The notes beneath the pieces were generated by a model that saw nothing but the letters and a program-made list of their open reading frames with translations, was not told the origin of the DNA and did no database searches. Below are positions 49,021 to 61,547 of a stretch of DNA of 64,000 nt, in pieces (the first letter of the stretch is position 1; each line of letters begins with the position of its first letter). The position numbers and the translations under genes are program-made. Source of the DNA: Mustelus asterias (lineage: Eukaryota); the NCBI RefSeq assembly GCF_964213995.1, contig NC_135811.1, forward strand, positions 25,544,001 through 25,608,000, written 5' to 3'.

Positions 49021-51115
49021 TTATCCATCCAAGGTGAGAAAGTGAGAGCGAATGCATTGCAGAAGTAAAATTATGCACACGAGCAAAAGAATGTATGATG
49101 TTAGACCGAAAACTTCCAGTGGAATTGTGCGGAGTTGTCATATAGCTGTCAGCCACTTTTTTTTTTAGCAGAAACTTGCTGTTCTGGCACTTTCTCTAGA
49201 AATCTGTCAGGATCCTTTTTTCATTAGAAAAGAGCCCTCTGTTATCAGGAGTAGATTGCTTGAAGCAAAAAGAAGTTAACAAACAGTGCCATGCATAATA
49301 TACTTATTGTAAAATATATACATATTTCTTCTTTTTTTAACTGATTTCACTTGCAGATTGCTGATGGCTGTTTGTAAAAACAGATGCACTCTCAATTACA
49401 GCGAAGTACAGGGGGACTTGACAGTGGAACAATTGCCTAACTGGCTATTCCTGTCACCAAACCTCCTAATGCTGCATTTGGATTACAGCCCTGCTACAAC
49501 TAGATAATGCCCAATATTTTGGGCTGCTGGTGTGGCTGAAGTCTCCTTTTGATTGTGAACTGGGGATCCCACAGCACCACCAGGGATGGGCAAACAACTG
49601 AGCATGTCCCAGATTGCAAGCGCGAACTTGTTTGAAAGTTTTCAATTGCATTCGCAGCTACTGGATGTTCCTTAGGAAGATCCATAAAAGTGAGTAACTA
49701 TCGAATCATGGTAGCTGCCAGCTTCAAACATAGCGGTCAGATAGCTGTCTCTGAAGGTATAAGGGAAGCCCCCTTCCTTCTCCAAGTCTCCGCTCCTCCA
49801 AGGAAAGCTGCACATCCAGTTTATTTATTTAAGTGAAAGAAAACTTTTAAGTGCTGCTGCCATCGCAAAGACTTACTCCCCCCTCCCCTGCATTGTGCCT
49901 CCTCCCCAAACGCCCCCCCCCCCCCCCCCCCCCCCCCCCCATAGAGCTTAATCTACTCTCAACCCATTCTAATCGTCTTTTGAATGGGGATTCAGACCAT
50001 TTCTTGGCTGCAAGTCTGAATGAGAATTGGTGACTCTCAATCCAGGGGCCCTGTTTTGGGAGTTCGGAGGAATAATTAGGGATTGACAGGATCCCATCTC
50101 TCCACAGATTTTGGAACTTGGACATATTCCATCAAGGGTCATGGTGGACCCCTGTCTGAGATGTCACCTATCCTGAAGCTGTTTCTTATTTCGCAATGAG
50201 TCCTCTCCACGGCCTCTCCGTGGGGGTCACTTGGTTTTGTACAAGTATCTAATACACTCCAGGTGTTTAGAACAAATGAAGTGATATGTGTCTGATGGAA
50301 ACAATGCCTGAACATTCAGCAGGGGAAAAAACATAAAATGTGTGGTTCGGGGCTGATTTATCAACATCATTACTGAAGTAATTACGCTTTTTAGAATGGG
50401 CTTAGATTTATTCAACCAGATTCAAGTAATTAATAAGTTGCAATTCAGTTGAAATAAAAATAGCACCTTAGTCTAACTGTGAAAGTTTTTAAATGAAATT
50501 TAACAGGAGTATTTCAAAGTTGTCTAAATCGTTTGACATGTAACTTCTAGCGGAGGCACTGAGATTATGACCGTTCTTCCGTTTTCTTGCTGTAACTTGA
50601 GTAACTGTAAAAGCCAACAGAAATTGTTCAGTTTACATGCCAAAAAAAAGAGAGCTTGGTCTCACATATTACTACAATACAAATCTAATTTGCTGTACAA
50701 ACGCTATTAAAGTATTGACCTTCATTTGCTCTAATTAGTATAATTACTTCTAATTGTAGGCACACATGGAAATATAATTGGCAACCTCCCCAAATTCTGG
50801 TTCCGATTGATATATACAAGAGGGTGCTTGTGACATTTCTCCGGCGTTGTGTTCAACTCGGTTTAGCTTCAATTAAGGATGTGTTTATACTGCAATATTG
50901 GTATCAGTGCAAAACAATTCACACTTTGCATCAATGCTGCACTGTCAACACAAATCTTGCGTTCAGGAGAGACAAGGAACCTTGAGTGAGGCGGATGGAG
51001 TGTGAGTCCCTGGGGGAGCTAGTCTGATGCCACTTCAGCTTGACACCGCATAGGGTGCAGAAACATGCAAACACTTTGGCAAATCCGGCTTTGCGAAGAT
51101 ATTCACAAGATAGAT

Positions 51116-51635
51116 CAGCATTGCTGTCTCACAGTGCCAGGGGCCCAGGTTCGATTCCGGCCTCGGGTCGCTGTCTGTGTGGAGTTTGCACGTTCTCCCC
51201 GTGTCTCCGTGGGTTTCGTCCGGGTGCTCCGGTTTCCTCCCACAGTCCAAAGATGTGCGGGTTAGGTTGATTGGCCATGCTAAATTGCGCCTTAGTGTCA
51301 GGGGGATTAGCTCGGGTAAATACGTGGGGTTACGGGGACAGGGCCTGGGTGGAATTGTTGGTCATGATGTGGAGATGCCGGCGTTGGACTGGGGTAAGCA
51401 CAGTAAGAAGTCTCACAACACCAGATTAAAGTCCAACAGGTTTATTTGGTAGCAAATACCATAAGCTTTCGGAGCAATGCTCCTTCGTCAGGTGGAGTGG
51501 TCTCTGTTCTCAAACAGGGCACAGACACAGAATTCTGTAATTTAACCTGGTGTTGTGAGACTTCTTACTGGAATTGTTGGTGCAGACTCAATGGGCCGAA
51601 TGGCCTCTTTGTGTACTGTAGGGATTCTATGATTC
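51116..51635 (+). mobile_element. HE1-like V-SINE interrupted by a Penelope-like insertion (51363-51568)
   Basis: Insert flanked by 13-bp TSD TGGAATTGTTGGT (51350-51362 and 51569-51581); minus-strand HHR core CTGACGA-AGGAGCATTGCTCC-GAAA-GCTT. Confidence 0.88.
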
Positions 51636-52009
51636 TATTATTTCTGAAAGTTATAAATTTAAACAAGCATTATTAGGTCTTTCTTTTCTTCAGAAGTCTT
51701 TAACATAGAACTCCCTGAAGATTTTATAAATAAATACCTTTAATTTAAATAAACAGTGAGAGGAGATCCTTCCCTCTCTGTTCTTTAGATTTCTCACTTT
51801 CCTCACTAATTTCGATTTCTCACTCTTGGTTGATGGCATGAGCCAAGGTGGACGGTTAAAATTCCAGTTAGACAGAAGCCAAAGCTTTGCTGCAACCAGA
51901 ACTGCGGCTACTTGCTGGAGGGTAATTGTATCCTAATTAGTTGCTATGTGAGCACGTAGCAGACCCTGCCAGTTAAGCAGATACAAAAATACCTATTGGC
52001 TGTTGTACT

Positions 52010-52232
52010 TGGTTGTCCTGGCTAATAATCCTCTCACAACCACCAGCACCAAAAACAAACTGACCATTCATTCGATTGTTGTCTATGGGATCCTGCTGTG
52101 TGCTAAATAGCTGCTGCGATTCTCTTGCTAATTTTGTCACTGCATCTCATTTAAAAGTCATTGTTTGGTGCAGAGTACTTGGAGATGTTTCTGAGAAACA
52201 TAATGCCCACTGTAAATACAAGTTCTTTCTTA
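52010..52232 (+). mobile_element. DeuSINE relic (Deu domain and tail)
   Basis: TGTCCTGGCTAATAATCCTCTCACAACC...TATGGGATCCTGCTGTGTGCTAAATAGCTGCTGCG...AAATACAAGTTCTTTC; similar relic at 58540-58872. Confidence 0.55.
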
Positions 52233-52732
52233 AAACAGGCATAAGCTAGCATTGAGGGGGAGCCATTCATTCCCATCCTTGTTTATATACAGCTCCTTGT
52301 GAATTAGTTACGAAACTCCATTGACAGTGGGCAGGATATTTTGGGGGGTGGGGGGGGGGGGGCGCGGCGGTGGTGTTGGACAGCTTCCCTCCCCCCCCAC
52401 TGAGGTGTGAATCAGCGTGGAGTCCGCCCCGCAGCCATGACGCACTGTGGGTGGGCTCACTTGGAGGAAGTCCCACCCTCAGGAGCTGCCAGCCAATCCG
52501 ACTGGCTGGCAGCACCACCAGTCCAGGAGCACCAAGAGAGCATTAGTGGGCATTGCCGGGACTGCAATGAAGAAGAAAAAGGCCCGATGGATCCCAGAGG
52601 CTGCTCGGTCTGGGGTCTGTGCAGGGAAGGTTTGGGCCGGTTAAGGCAGGGGAGTGGGTGTGCTGGGTTAAATACAGTAAGAAGTTTAACAACACCAGGT
52701 TAAAGTCCAACAGGTTTATTTGGTAGCAAAAG

Positions 52733-52777
52733 CCACACAAGCTTTCGAGGCTCTGAGCCCCTTCTTCAGGTGAGTGG
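52733..52777 (-). ncRNA. Minimal type I hammerhead ribozyme (copy 1)
   Basis: CCACUCAC-CUGAAGA-A-GGGGCU(CAG)AGCCUC-GAAA-GCUU-GUGUGG: conserved core, 6-bp stem II, palindromic AAGCUU stem III. Confidence 0.8.
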
Positions 52778-53069
52778 GAATTCTGTTCACAAACAGAACT
52801 TATAAGACACAGACTCAATTTACATGAATAATGGTTGGAATGCGAATACTTACAACTAATATCTTGTCTGCTTTCTTGCATCTTTGTAGAAACTTGATGT
52901 CTGTGTCGATATGCGCGATCTTCTTGGCGATCCTCTCCACTTGGAGCCGGCAGTTTGCGGTGTCTATGGTAGTCATGATGTGGAGATGCCGGCGTTGGAC
53001 TGGGGTAAACACAGTAAGAAGTTTAACAACACCAGGTTAAAGTCCAACAGGTTTATTTGGTAGCAAAAG

Positions 53070-53114
53070 CCACACAAGCTTTCGAGGCTCTGAGCCCCTT
53101 CTTCAGGTGAGTGG
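53070..53114 (-). ncRNA. Minimal type I hammerhead ribozyme (copy 2)
   Basis: Identical to copy 1, +337 bp. Confidence 0.8.
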
Positions 53115-53406
53115 GAATTCTGTTCACAAACAGAACTTATAAGACACAGACTCAATTTACATGAATAATGGTTGGAATGCGAATACTTACAACTAATATC
53201 TTGTCTGCTTTCTTGCATCTTTGTAGAAACTTGATGTCTGTGTCGATATGCGCGATCTTCTTGGCGATCCTCTCCACTTGGAGCCGGCAGTTTGCGGTGT
53301 CTATGGTAGTCATGATGTGGAGATGCCGGCGTTGGACTGGGGTAAACACAGTAAGAAGTTTAACAACACCAGGTTAAAGTCCAACAGGTTTATTTGGTAG
53401 CAAAAG

Positions 53407-53451
53407 CCACACAAGCTTTCGAGGCTCTGAGCCCCTTCTTCAGGTGAGTGG
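53407..53451 (-). ncRNA. Minimal type I hammerhead ribozyme (copy 3)
   Basis: Identical to copy 1, +674 bp. Confidence 0.8.
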
Positions 53452-53914
53452 GAATTCTGTTCACAAACAGAACTTATAAGACACAGACTCAATTTACATG
53501 AATAATGGTTGGAATGCGAATACTTACAACTAATATCTTGTCTGCTTTCTTGCATCTTTGTAGAAACTTGATGTCTGTGTCGATATGCGCGATCTTCTTG
53601 GCGATCCTCTCCACTTGGAGCCGGCAGTTTGCGGTGTCTATGGTAGTCATGATGTGGAGATGCCGGGTAGCAAGAAAGGGAGTGTTCTCTCTTAAGGGAG
53701 GGAACACCACCTGATCTGAAAAAACACAGCCCCTGAAAAAAGGGCACCGCTTTCCTTCCCACATTCTGAATTGCTTTTAAAACTGGGCTGCCCGCTACAA
53801 CCCAACGGTCCCCGTCAACCATGTTATGACAGGGGCAATGTATTATGGGGGTCACTTGGCTTGAAAACAAATCCTGTTGATCTTTGATTATCTATTTCCA
53901 TATGAGGAGCAGGT

Positions 53915-55130
53915 TAACCACTGAGGGACCATGGGAAGCGGGGACAGGGGGAGTTAGCCACTGGGGGACCATGGGAAGTGGGGGGTGGGGTGGGGGGGGG
54001 GAATTAGCCACTGGAGGACCATGGGGAGTAGGGGTGAGGAGGGGAACTAGCCACTGGGGGACCATGGAAAGTGGGGGGTGAGGGGGGGAATTAGCCACGG
54101 GGGAACCATGGGGAGTGGGGCAAGGGAGGAATTAGCCACTGGGGGACCATAGGGAGTGGGGGGCTGAGGGGGGGATTAACCACTGGGGGACTACGGGAAG
54201 TGGGGGTGAGGGGGGAATTAGGCACTGGGGGACCATGAGAAGTGGGGGGTGAGGGGGTCAATTAGCCACTGGAGGACCATGGGGAGTAGGGGTGAGGAGG
54301 GGAACTAGCCACTGGGGGACCATGGAAAGTGGGGGGTGAGGGGGGGAATTAGCCACGGGGGGACCATGGGGAGTGGGGCAAGGGAGGAATTAGCCACTGG
54401 GGGACCATAGGGAGTGGGGGGCCGAGGGGGGGATTAACCACTGGGGGACTACGGGAAGTGGGGGTGAGGGGGGAATTAGGCACTGGGGGACCATAAGAAG
54501 TGGGGGGTGAGGGGGTCAATTAGCCACTGGAGGACCATGGGAAGTGGGGCGTGAGGGTGGAATTAGTCACTGGGGGACCATGGGGAGTGGGGGGGTGAGG
54601 GGGGAATTAGCCATTGGGGAGCCATGGGAAGTGGGGCGAGAGAGGGAATTAGCCACTGGGTGACAATGGGAAGTGGGGGGCCGAGGAGGGAGATTAGCCA
54701 CTGAGGGACCATGGGAAGTGGGGGGCCGAGGAGGGAGAATTAGCCACTGGTGGACCCTAGGGTGTGGGGGGGGGGGGGGGGACTTAGTCACTGGGGGACC
54801 ATAGGGAGTGGGGGGCGGGGGGAATTAGCCACTGGGGGACCATGGGGAGTGGGGGCCAAGGAGGGGGAATTAGCCACTGGGGACCATGGGGAGTGGGGGA
54901 GTGAGGGGGGAGATTAGCCACTGGGGGACCATGGGAAGTGAGGGGTGAGGGGGAGTGGGGAGCTAAGGGGGGAAATTAACCATTGGGGAGCAATGGGAAG
55001 TGGGAGGTGAGGGGGGGATTAGCCATTAGGGGGCCATGGCAGGTGGGGGGTGAGGGGGGGATTAGCCACTGGGGGGCCATGGCGGATGGGGGGTGATTAG
55101 CCACTGGGGAGCAATGGGGAGTGGGGGCAG
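53915..55130. repeat. G-rich ~37-bp minisatellite (GGAATTAGCCACTGGGGGACCATGGGAAGTGGGGGGTGAG-like) with a 258-bp higher-order duplication
   Basis: Direct read; AATTAGCCACTGGAGGACC recurs at 54002, 54260 and 54518. Confidence 0.9.
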
Positions 55131-55244
55131 TGGGAGGGCAGGGGTGGTGTTGGCATTGGGGGTGTTGAAAACCCGTGAGGTGGCTGGGTGAAAGATCACT
55201 GTGAAGGGTGTGTGAGGATGTGCAGCGGGAGATATCAGGAGGCA

Positions 55245-55365
55245 GACTTGCCCTGGCTGCATGAAGAAGCTCATTCATCATCTTGCGGCACTGTTGTCCT
55301 GTCCTCTGCTGCAGCGCACTGGCACTCACATTCGCAGCCACTGCCTCCCAGAGGGCTGGAGACCT
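55245..55365 (-). pseudogene. PIF/Harbinger-type Myb/SANT DNA-binding domain relic
   Basis: WEAVAANVSASALQQRTGQQCRKMMNELLHAAR fits the W..VA..V.....RT..QC.K...DL pattern. Confidence 0.6.
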
Positions 55366-56119
55366 TGGTGGAGAACATGTGGGTCACATACTGGCCAGAT
55401 CAGGTGAGAAAGGCAGGTCTGAAGATCAATCATTTTGGACTCAAAACATGAACTCTGTTTCTCCCACACCTTCCTGTTTGAGATATCATTTTGTATCAGA
55501 GATTTAGCTGGTGAAAGATCAATTTGTGACAAACCTATTCAATCTTTAATTGGTTGGATTATCAGCTCATTGAGCCTGTTTGTACCAGATAAAGAAAACA
55601 GGTAAGGTGTTTTACGGCACAAAGTTTGGATTAGTAAGGGTGATGGTGCCATGGAAACTGGAGGTCCTCTGAGTGGGTAACACTGCTCCTCTCAGTATGT
55701 GACGGGCAGCTCGTGCTGGGGAGGTGCTGGTGTCCTCATCCCTTTTGTTCACCAGCAGCCTCTGAAGCGATGCTGACATGCAGCCCTGCCAACTGATCGG
55801 ATGCTGCGTGTGCGACCTTGGGCCACACAGGTCCATCTTTAACCTATTCACTTGCCGCTCACCAAATTTCCAGTGTTCAGGTGCAAGAGGGACCCAGTGG
55901 AGTGGTTTTAGCGGGTCGCGGTGAGTTCTTGGATTTGGCAGGAAGAGTCACTGCGAGAATTGGTGACCTGTCCACGCAAACAACAGGTACGGACAGGGTA
56001 ATAGCTGCAGTATCTCCAGTTCATCAAAGTCTTCACCTGAGTCCCCTGAAGCAGAAAACATCTGCAACCTTCCCTGCTGACACACAAACTATACTTGCCT
56101 GTTGACCCTAGTTGCAGCC

Positions 56120-56450
56120 TGTGATGAACCATCGTTGGTTCCCACCAGGTAGTACTGAGCCAGGGTCTGGCCAGTACTATGAGTCTGTATATATGTTACT
56201 GTTGGGGTTAGGGTTGGGCTGTTCTACATGTTACTGTTGGGGTTAGGGTTGGGCTGTTCTACCTGTAATATAGTTATTATGGTACATCCCAGTCGGGCTC
56301 CGCCTCCTGGGAGAGGTATAAAGGTCACTGCTCTGTCTGGGACCCTTCAGTCTGGGATCGTGTACTATATATGGTAGCTCTATTGTAGTAGTCAATAAAA
56401 GCCTTTATTTCCTCGAGCATCTCTAGCCTCGTGAGTTATATCGCGCATCA
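56120..56450 (+). mobile_element. Solo LTR related to the 14458-22279 Gypsy family
   Basis: TGTGATGAACCAT...TATAAAGGTCACTGC...AATAAAAGCCTTTAT...CGCGCATCA, colinear with the 5' LTR; TSD CAGCC/CAGCT (4/5). Confidence 0.88.
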
Positions 56451-57169
56451 CAGCTCATTACTGTTCAACACCTCCTCTTGTACAGATTCCAACTCTAGAC
56501 CAACCTCTAAGATACATGCAGTGCCAGCCAGAGTGGCTAACTTTTGAGGGATTGTCTAAGGGACGCCTTTTGTCCCTTATTTCTAGTTCATTTGGTCACC
56601 AGCACCCAACTGTCCCAGTCCCGTGGCCGATGTCTACCTTATTTTATTTTATGAGTGTTAGTTACCCTTGTGCTAGTCACTGCAAGTGTTAGATCAAGTG
56701 CCTCTTCTACGCTGTTCCTCTCTCCCCTCCTCCTGAGTGTGCTGTGGGCAGGCAGGCAGGAAATCAGAAAGGGGAAGGTTAGAGTGCAGGGAGTGGGCTA
56801 GGCAGGTGACCAGGAGATCCATGGTCATACCCTCTGCAGCTTTCATTATCTATCAGATAGCAGGAGGTTAAACCAAGTGTTGTGAATGGGCAGGATGTAA
56901 AGAATGGGGCAAACCACCCCTCCATAGCATTCAGGTGATCCAGACGTACTTGTCCCCAACCAGTTCTGCTCTTTCTAAAATGTGCGGCCTATGAGAGAAG
57001 GAGCAGAATGTCAATCATTTCCATTGCACTGTGTTTGGGTGTTATGCCTTCCACTACCAGATAGCAGCTGGAGATACGTGAGAGCAGCAGGACCTGTGTG
57101 AAGCCGGCATCAATGGAACATGTGTGAATGTGAGATGGAGTATCTGGATGTTAGGCATGAATCCTGAGT

Positions 57170-57192
57170 AAGAAGTCTCACAACACCAGGTT
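57170..57192 (-). mobile_element. 23-bp Penelope pLTR micro-insertion
   Basis: AAGAAGTCTCACAACACCAGGTT flanked by 13-bp duplication ATGAATCCTGAGT (57157-57169 and 57193-57205). Confidence 0.75.
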
Positions 57193-57289
57193 ATGAATCC
57201 TGAGTGCCAGGGATTGTTGCTGGGTGAGTGATGGAGTTGAGGTACATTGAGCAGCATGAGAGGCTGGGAGAATGTGATGATGCATTCAC

Positions 57290-57460
57290 TGCCCTTGACC
57301 ACTAGTATGAGGGCATTATACATCTTGTGACACTGCAGCCGTGTCCTCGAGGCCAGGCTCTGGGTATTGACCACTCTGGCCTTCTGAGGGCTTCTTGGCC
57401 CGGTGTGAGACCATGTGAGACGTCTGTCCATCTCCAGCATTAAGGCCTCACATCTGTAGA
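57290..57460 (-). pseudogene. Second Harbinger-type Myb/SANT relic
   Basis: ARVVNTQSLASRTRLQCHKMYNAL in ORF 57054-57581. Confidence 0.45.
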
Positions 57461-58140
57461 CATGGGTACCGTCTCTCTGCCCTGGTGTTCCACTTGCCAT
57501 CTTCAGAATTGCAGCAATTGTACTCAGTAACAGCCTTTTGTGATTCAGTGTGGTGTTGATAGCTAAAAGAAGGTTTATCATTCTTCTGTTATTGTGGGGT
57601 TATCTTATTGACGAGATCTTGCTGGAGGCAATGGTCTTTTGTTCAAAAACATTTATTTACATGCTAACTATTTACAAAGGTTAAATAAGACCAAAACACA
57701 GTTGGAGCTTGCCTCTGATATCCTTCACACACTCTCCTCTCAGTGAGTGAAATCACTGTGCCATAGTTGGTTATGTAGCTGCTCAGTAACAAGCATCAGA
57801 GTAAACCCTTCACTCTACATCACCCCTTGACTCTTTATCCGCCATACTATTATACACACGCTCTCCTACAATTGTAACATTGACGATCCTGAATTTCCTT
57901 GGGCATTTTGGTTTCTCCAGAAATGTAAATAAGACACCTCCCCTTCCTCCATTTATGTGCAAATAGGGTTTTCACTGCGCTTCCAGCAAATTTACAACAG
58001 CAGAAAGTTCAAGAAATTCAATGTGCTAGTTTGTTTCAACATGACAGTGCAAAGCCTCTTACAAAATCCAGCCAGGGAGCCTCAGGTTTCTTTTGAATTC
58101 CTTCCTGGTGCAAGGATTAAAATTTGCCAGAGCTTTTCCA

Positions 58141-58466
58141 GGGTGGCACGGTGGCACAGTGGTTAGCACTGCTGCCTCATAGCGCCAGGGACCCGGTTTC
58201 AATTCCTGGCTCGAGTCACTGTCTGTGCGGAGTTTGCAGGTTCTCCCTGTGTCTGCGTGGATTTCCACTGGGTGCTCCGGTTTCCGCCCACAGTCCAAAA
58301 ATGTGCGGATTAGGTTGATTGGCCTTGCTAAATTGCCCCGTAGTGTCAGGGGCACTAGCAGGGTAAATGTGGATACGGGGATAGGACCTGGGTGGGATTG
58401 TGGTCGGTGCAGACACGATGGGCCAAATGGCCTCCTTCTGCACTGTAGAGATTCTATGATTCTATG
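58141..58466 (+). mobile_element. HE1-like V-SINE, CR1-type tail
   Basis: Full length, ends GATTCTATGATTCTATGA. Confidence 0.9.
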
Positions 58467-59899
58467 AAATGCCCTAACCTGAAAATCCAATATTTTCACT
58501 CACGGAATAAGAGGACTTCCAGCTTGACTTTGTTGGTGGTATCCCTGCTCTCTAACTCAGGAGGTTGTAGGAGCTTGAACACATGACAGAGTCAGAGACA
58601 GTTCAGTGCAGTACTGTGGCTGTAAAACATTCTGCCGTTCAAAGAGCAAGATGTTCTTTTGGTGCCCTGACCAAAATTACTCTCTCACCTAATGACATCA
58701 AAAGCAAATTGCTTGGTCATTCATTCATTTCAGATGTGTGGGGGTCTTGCTATTGTAAATTGATTGCAGCAGTTAGTTACATAGCTACACTTCACTTTGT
58801 AACTAACCCAATAGTTCTAAAGCAGGTTGAGATGTCCGGAGAATGCAATAAGATGATGTATAAAAGCATGTTATGTCCTTGAGTCAACTTATGGACTATG
58901 AATATCGTACATCTTAATAATGTCCTTATCAATCTTCCGTAGTGATGAGATGGGGGCTCAAAACCAAGTGCCATACTTGGGTGAAGAAGAATTAGAGACC
59001 AGGGGTGTAACTGAACCAAGTGAAGCACAGGAAGTATGGAATGCATGAGGAGAAGGATGAGAGGAAAATGGAGAGCATGGGTGAAGTGAGAGAGGAGGAG
59101 AGCTAGAGACACGACTAGGAGAAGCAAGATGGGATCATGAAAGAGGAAAGGGAAAAGAAAGACACAATGAGGATGGAAGGAGGAGCCGAGATGATACAAA
59201 TTTCTGAATGAGGCTAAGAATTTCAATTCAAGCAAAAGTGGCAAAATGGAACTGCTTCAGGGCATTTTTCCAGATCTAGAATTTCCTCCTTGTGGACTTG
59301 TAGCATAACTGTGGTGTTGGAACATGGGTGGTGGCATTAATCATTACCCATTGTACCTACTGGCTTTTATCAAGGCCAGTGGTACTGCTCCATGCTTCCC
59401 ATAAATCCTGCTCCATACTCTTAAAAGTCAGTCCGTCCTTTTAATGGGCAATGGGGTTTTCATTGGACACTCCAACCCCACCTCCAACCCCACCCTCTCC
59501 CAGTGTTCGGTCCCTTGATCGGGCACTGAATACTTTTGTATGAGGGGGCACCCCGAAAGACCACAAGCAACCACAATAGGATTTGTTTTTCCAGCTTCCT
59601 GCATGGCGAGTCCCCCACCCTCCGTTGGATGAATACCAGTGATGGCAGGATGAGACCCTAAAAGGGGCATTCATTTCTCAATTCAGAGCCTCAATTGACA
59701 GAGTGATGAGAAGGCTGACTGCAAACTTTCCCACCATAGATGTCATCTGGACAGCGGTGAGAAAGCAGCGGGGTCCCCAGCTTTCACCCTCCGACCAGAC
59801 TAAACGCCCCCCTATCACCAACCTCACCATAGGATAGGGCATTAAATTCTCCCCATAATGGTTTTTGCATTGGTTCATTTTGTTGCTATTTGCAACAAG

Positions 59900-60452
59900 G
59901 AGAGGTGATGGCCTAGTGGTATTATCGCCAGACTATTAATCCAGAAACCCAGCTAATGTTCTGGGGACCCGGGTTCAAATCCCACCATGGCAGATGGTGG
60001 AATTTGAAATCAATTTTTAAAAAGTCTGGAATTAAGAATGTACTAATGACCATTGTCAATCTTGGGAAAAGCACATCTGGTTCATTAGCACCCTTTAGGG
60101 AAGAAAACCTGCCATCCTTACCAGATCTGGACTACATGTGACTCCAGAGCCATAGCAATGTCCTTGGGTGACTAGGGATAGAACCATAGAAAATTACACC
60201 TCAGAAACAGGCCTTTTGGCCTTTCTTGTCTGTGCCGAACCATTTTATGCCTAGTCCCACTGACCTGCACTTGGACCATATCCCTCCACACCCCTCTCAT
60301 CCATGAACCCGTCCAAGTTTTTCTTAAATGTTATAGAACCATAGAAAAATGGGCTACACTGATGGGCAGTGATGGGCAGGAAGGGCAGTGATGGGCAGGA
60401 TGGGCAATAAATTCTGGCCAGCCAGCAACGCCCATGTCCCATGAATGAATAC
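59900..60452 (+). mobile_element. tRNA-derived SINE interrupted by a minus-strand CR1 3' end (~60178-60345)
   Basis: Head as at 12790; ATAGAACCATAGAAAA occurs at both ends of the insert. Confidence 0.75.
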
Positions 60453-61253
60453 AAAAAAGGAAGGCATTAATAATTAATTGGGAATTACTTTAATTATGAG
60501 AGATCATCAGTCTCAATTTGCACATTGCAGTTACACTAAATCACAGTACATGTGACGTTTATCCTTCAATTCTGCTTTTTAAATGCATTGAGGTAGACAC
60601 AGGAGGTTTGTTCGTGCATTCACTGAGGTAAATGTTCAAACTACTTTTCCTAAATTCCAAGTAAGACGAATGCAAAACCAGTACTGGGGACTGTCACACA
60701 ACATTAGTTGAACACCATTGTACTTAATGGGCCACATTGCAGAACACTCGCATTAGGTTTTACATCCTGCACAGTACTTCTCTGAATTGCACAATTAAGC
60801 CGGGCACAATGAGCAGGGTCGATTGACTTTCTAATCGATACAAGCAAGGGAGTTTGACACAAATAATGTACAGTTAAAGCTGGAGGATCTAATACTTACC
60901 TGCGTAACCGCATTTGCAAGTTAGCATGACTCAAGCTAGGCTTATGGGGTTCATAAGCCGATACAGAAGGCAGATGTCCACTGTATAGCTGAAGACATAT
61001 TTGGAAACTTAACAAAAAGGCTGGTGTTAGGCATTACCAGGCGTTTGGATATGTCGCCTAATGCCTATGTATCCAATGTTCGGTGTCTATCATGATTAAG
61101 CTCCAAAGATGGAAGCAGTTGCTGTTGCAGATGTGTACTTCCAGCTGGTGAAGCGACCATTTAACAGAAGATGGTATGTGTCCATGCTTTGGCAGGAGGG
61201 TGATGGCAATGTATTTTTACACTTTGGGGTCGATTTTGACATGCATATATTTG

Positions 61254-61547
61254 GGTGGCACGGTGGCACAATGTTTAGCACTGCTGCCTCACAGCACCAG
61301 GGACCTGGATTCGATTCCCGGCTTGGGTCACTGTCTGTGCGGAGTCTGCCCATTCTCCCCATGGCTGCGTGGCTTTCCTCAGGCTTCCTCCCACAGTTTG
61401 AAAGACGTGCTGGTTAGGTGCTTTGGCCATGCTAAATTCTCCCTCAGTGTAGCCGAACAGGTGCTGGTGTGTGGTGACTAGGGGATTTTCACAGTAATTT
61501 CAATGCAGTGTCAATGTAAACCTACTTGGGACACTAATAAATAAACT
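61254..61547 (+). mobile_element. HE1-like V-SINE with alternative tail
   Basis: Head, V-domain and GACTAGGGGATTTTCACAGTAA...CTAATAAATAAAC tail. Confidence 0.88.

Larger units (their letters stand above)
52663..53666 (-). mobile_element. Tandem array of ~3 x 337-bp Penelope-like pLTR units
   Basis: Period 337 (ACAGTAA at 52674, 53011, 53348); each unit carries the PLE ORF start MTTIDTANCRLQVERIAKKIAHIDTDIKFLQRCKKADKI, an AATAAA and a hammerhead. Confidence 0.92.
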
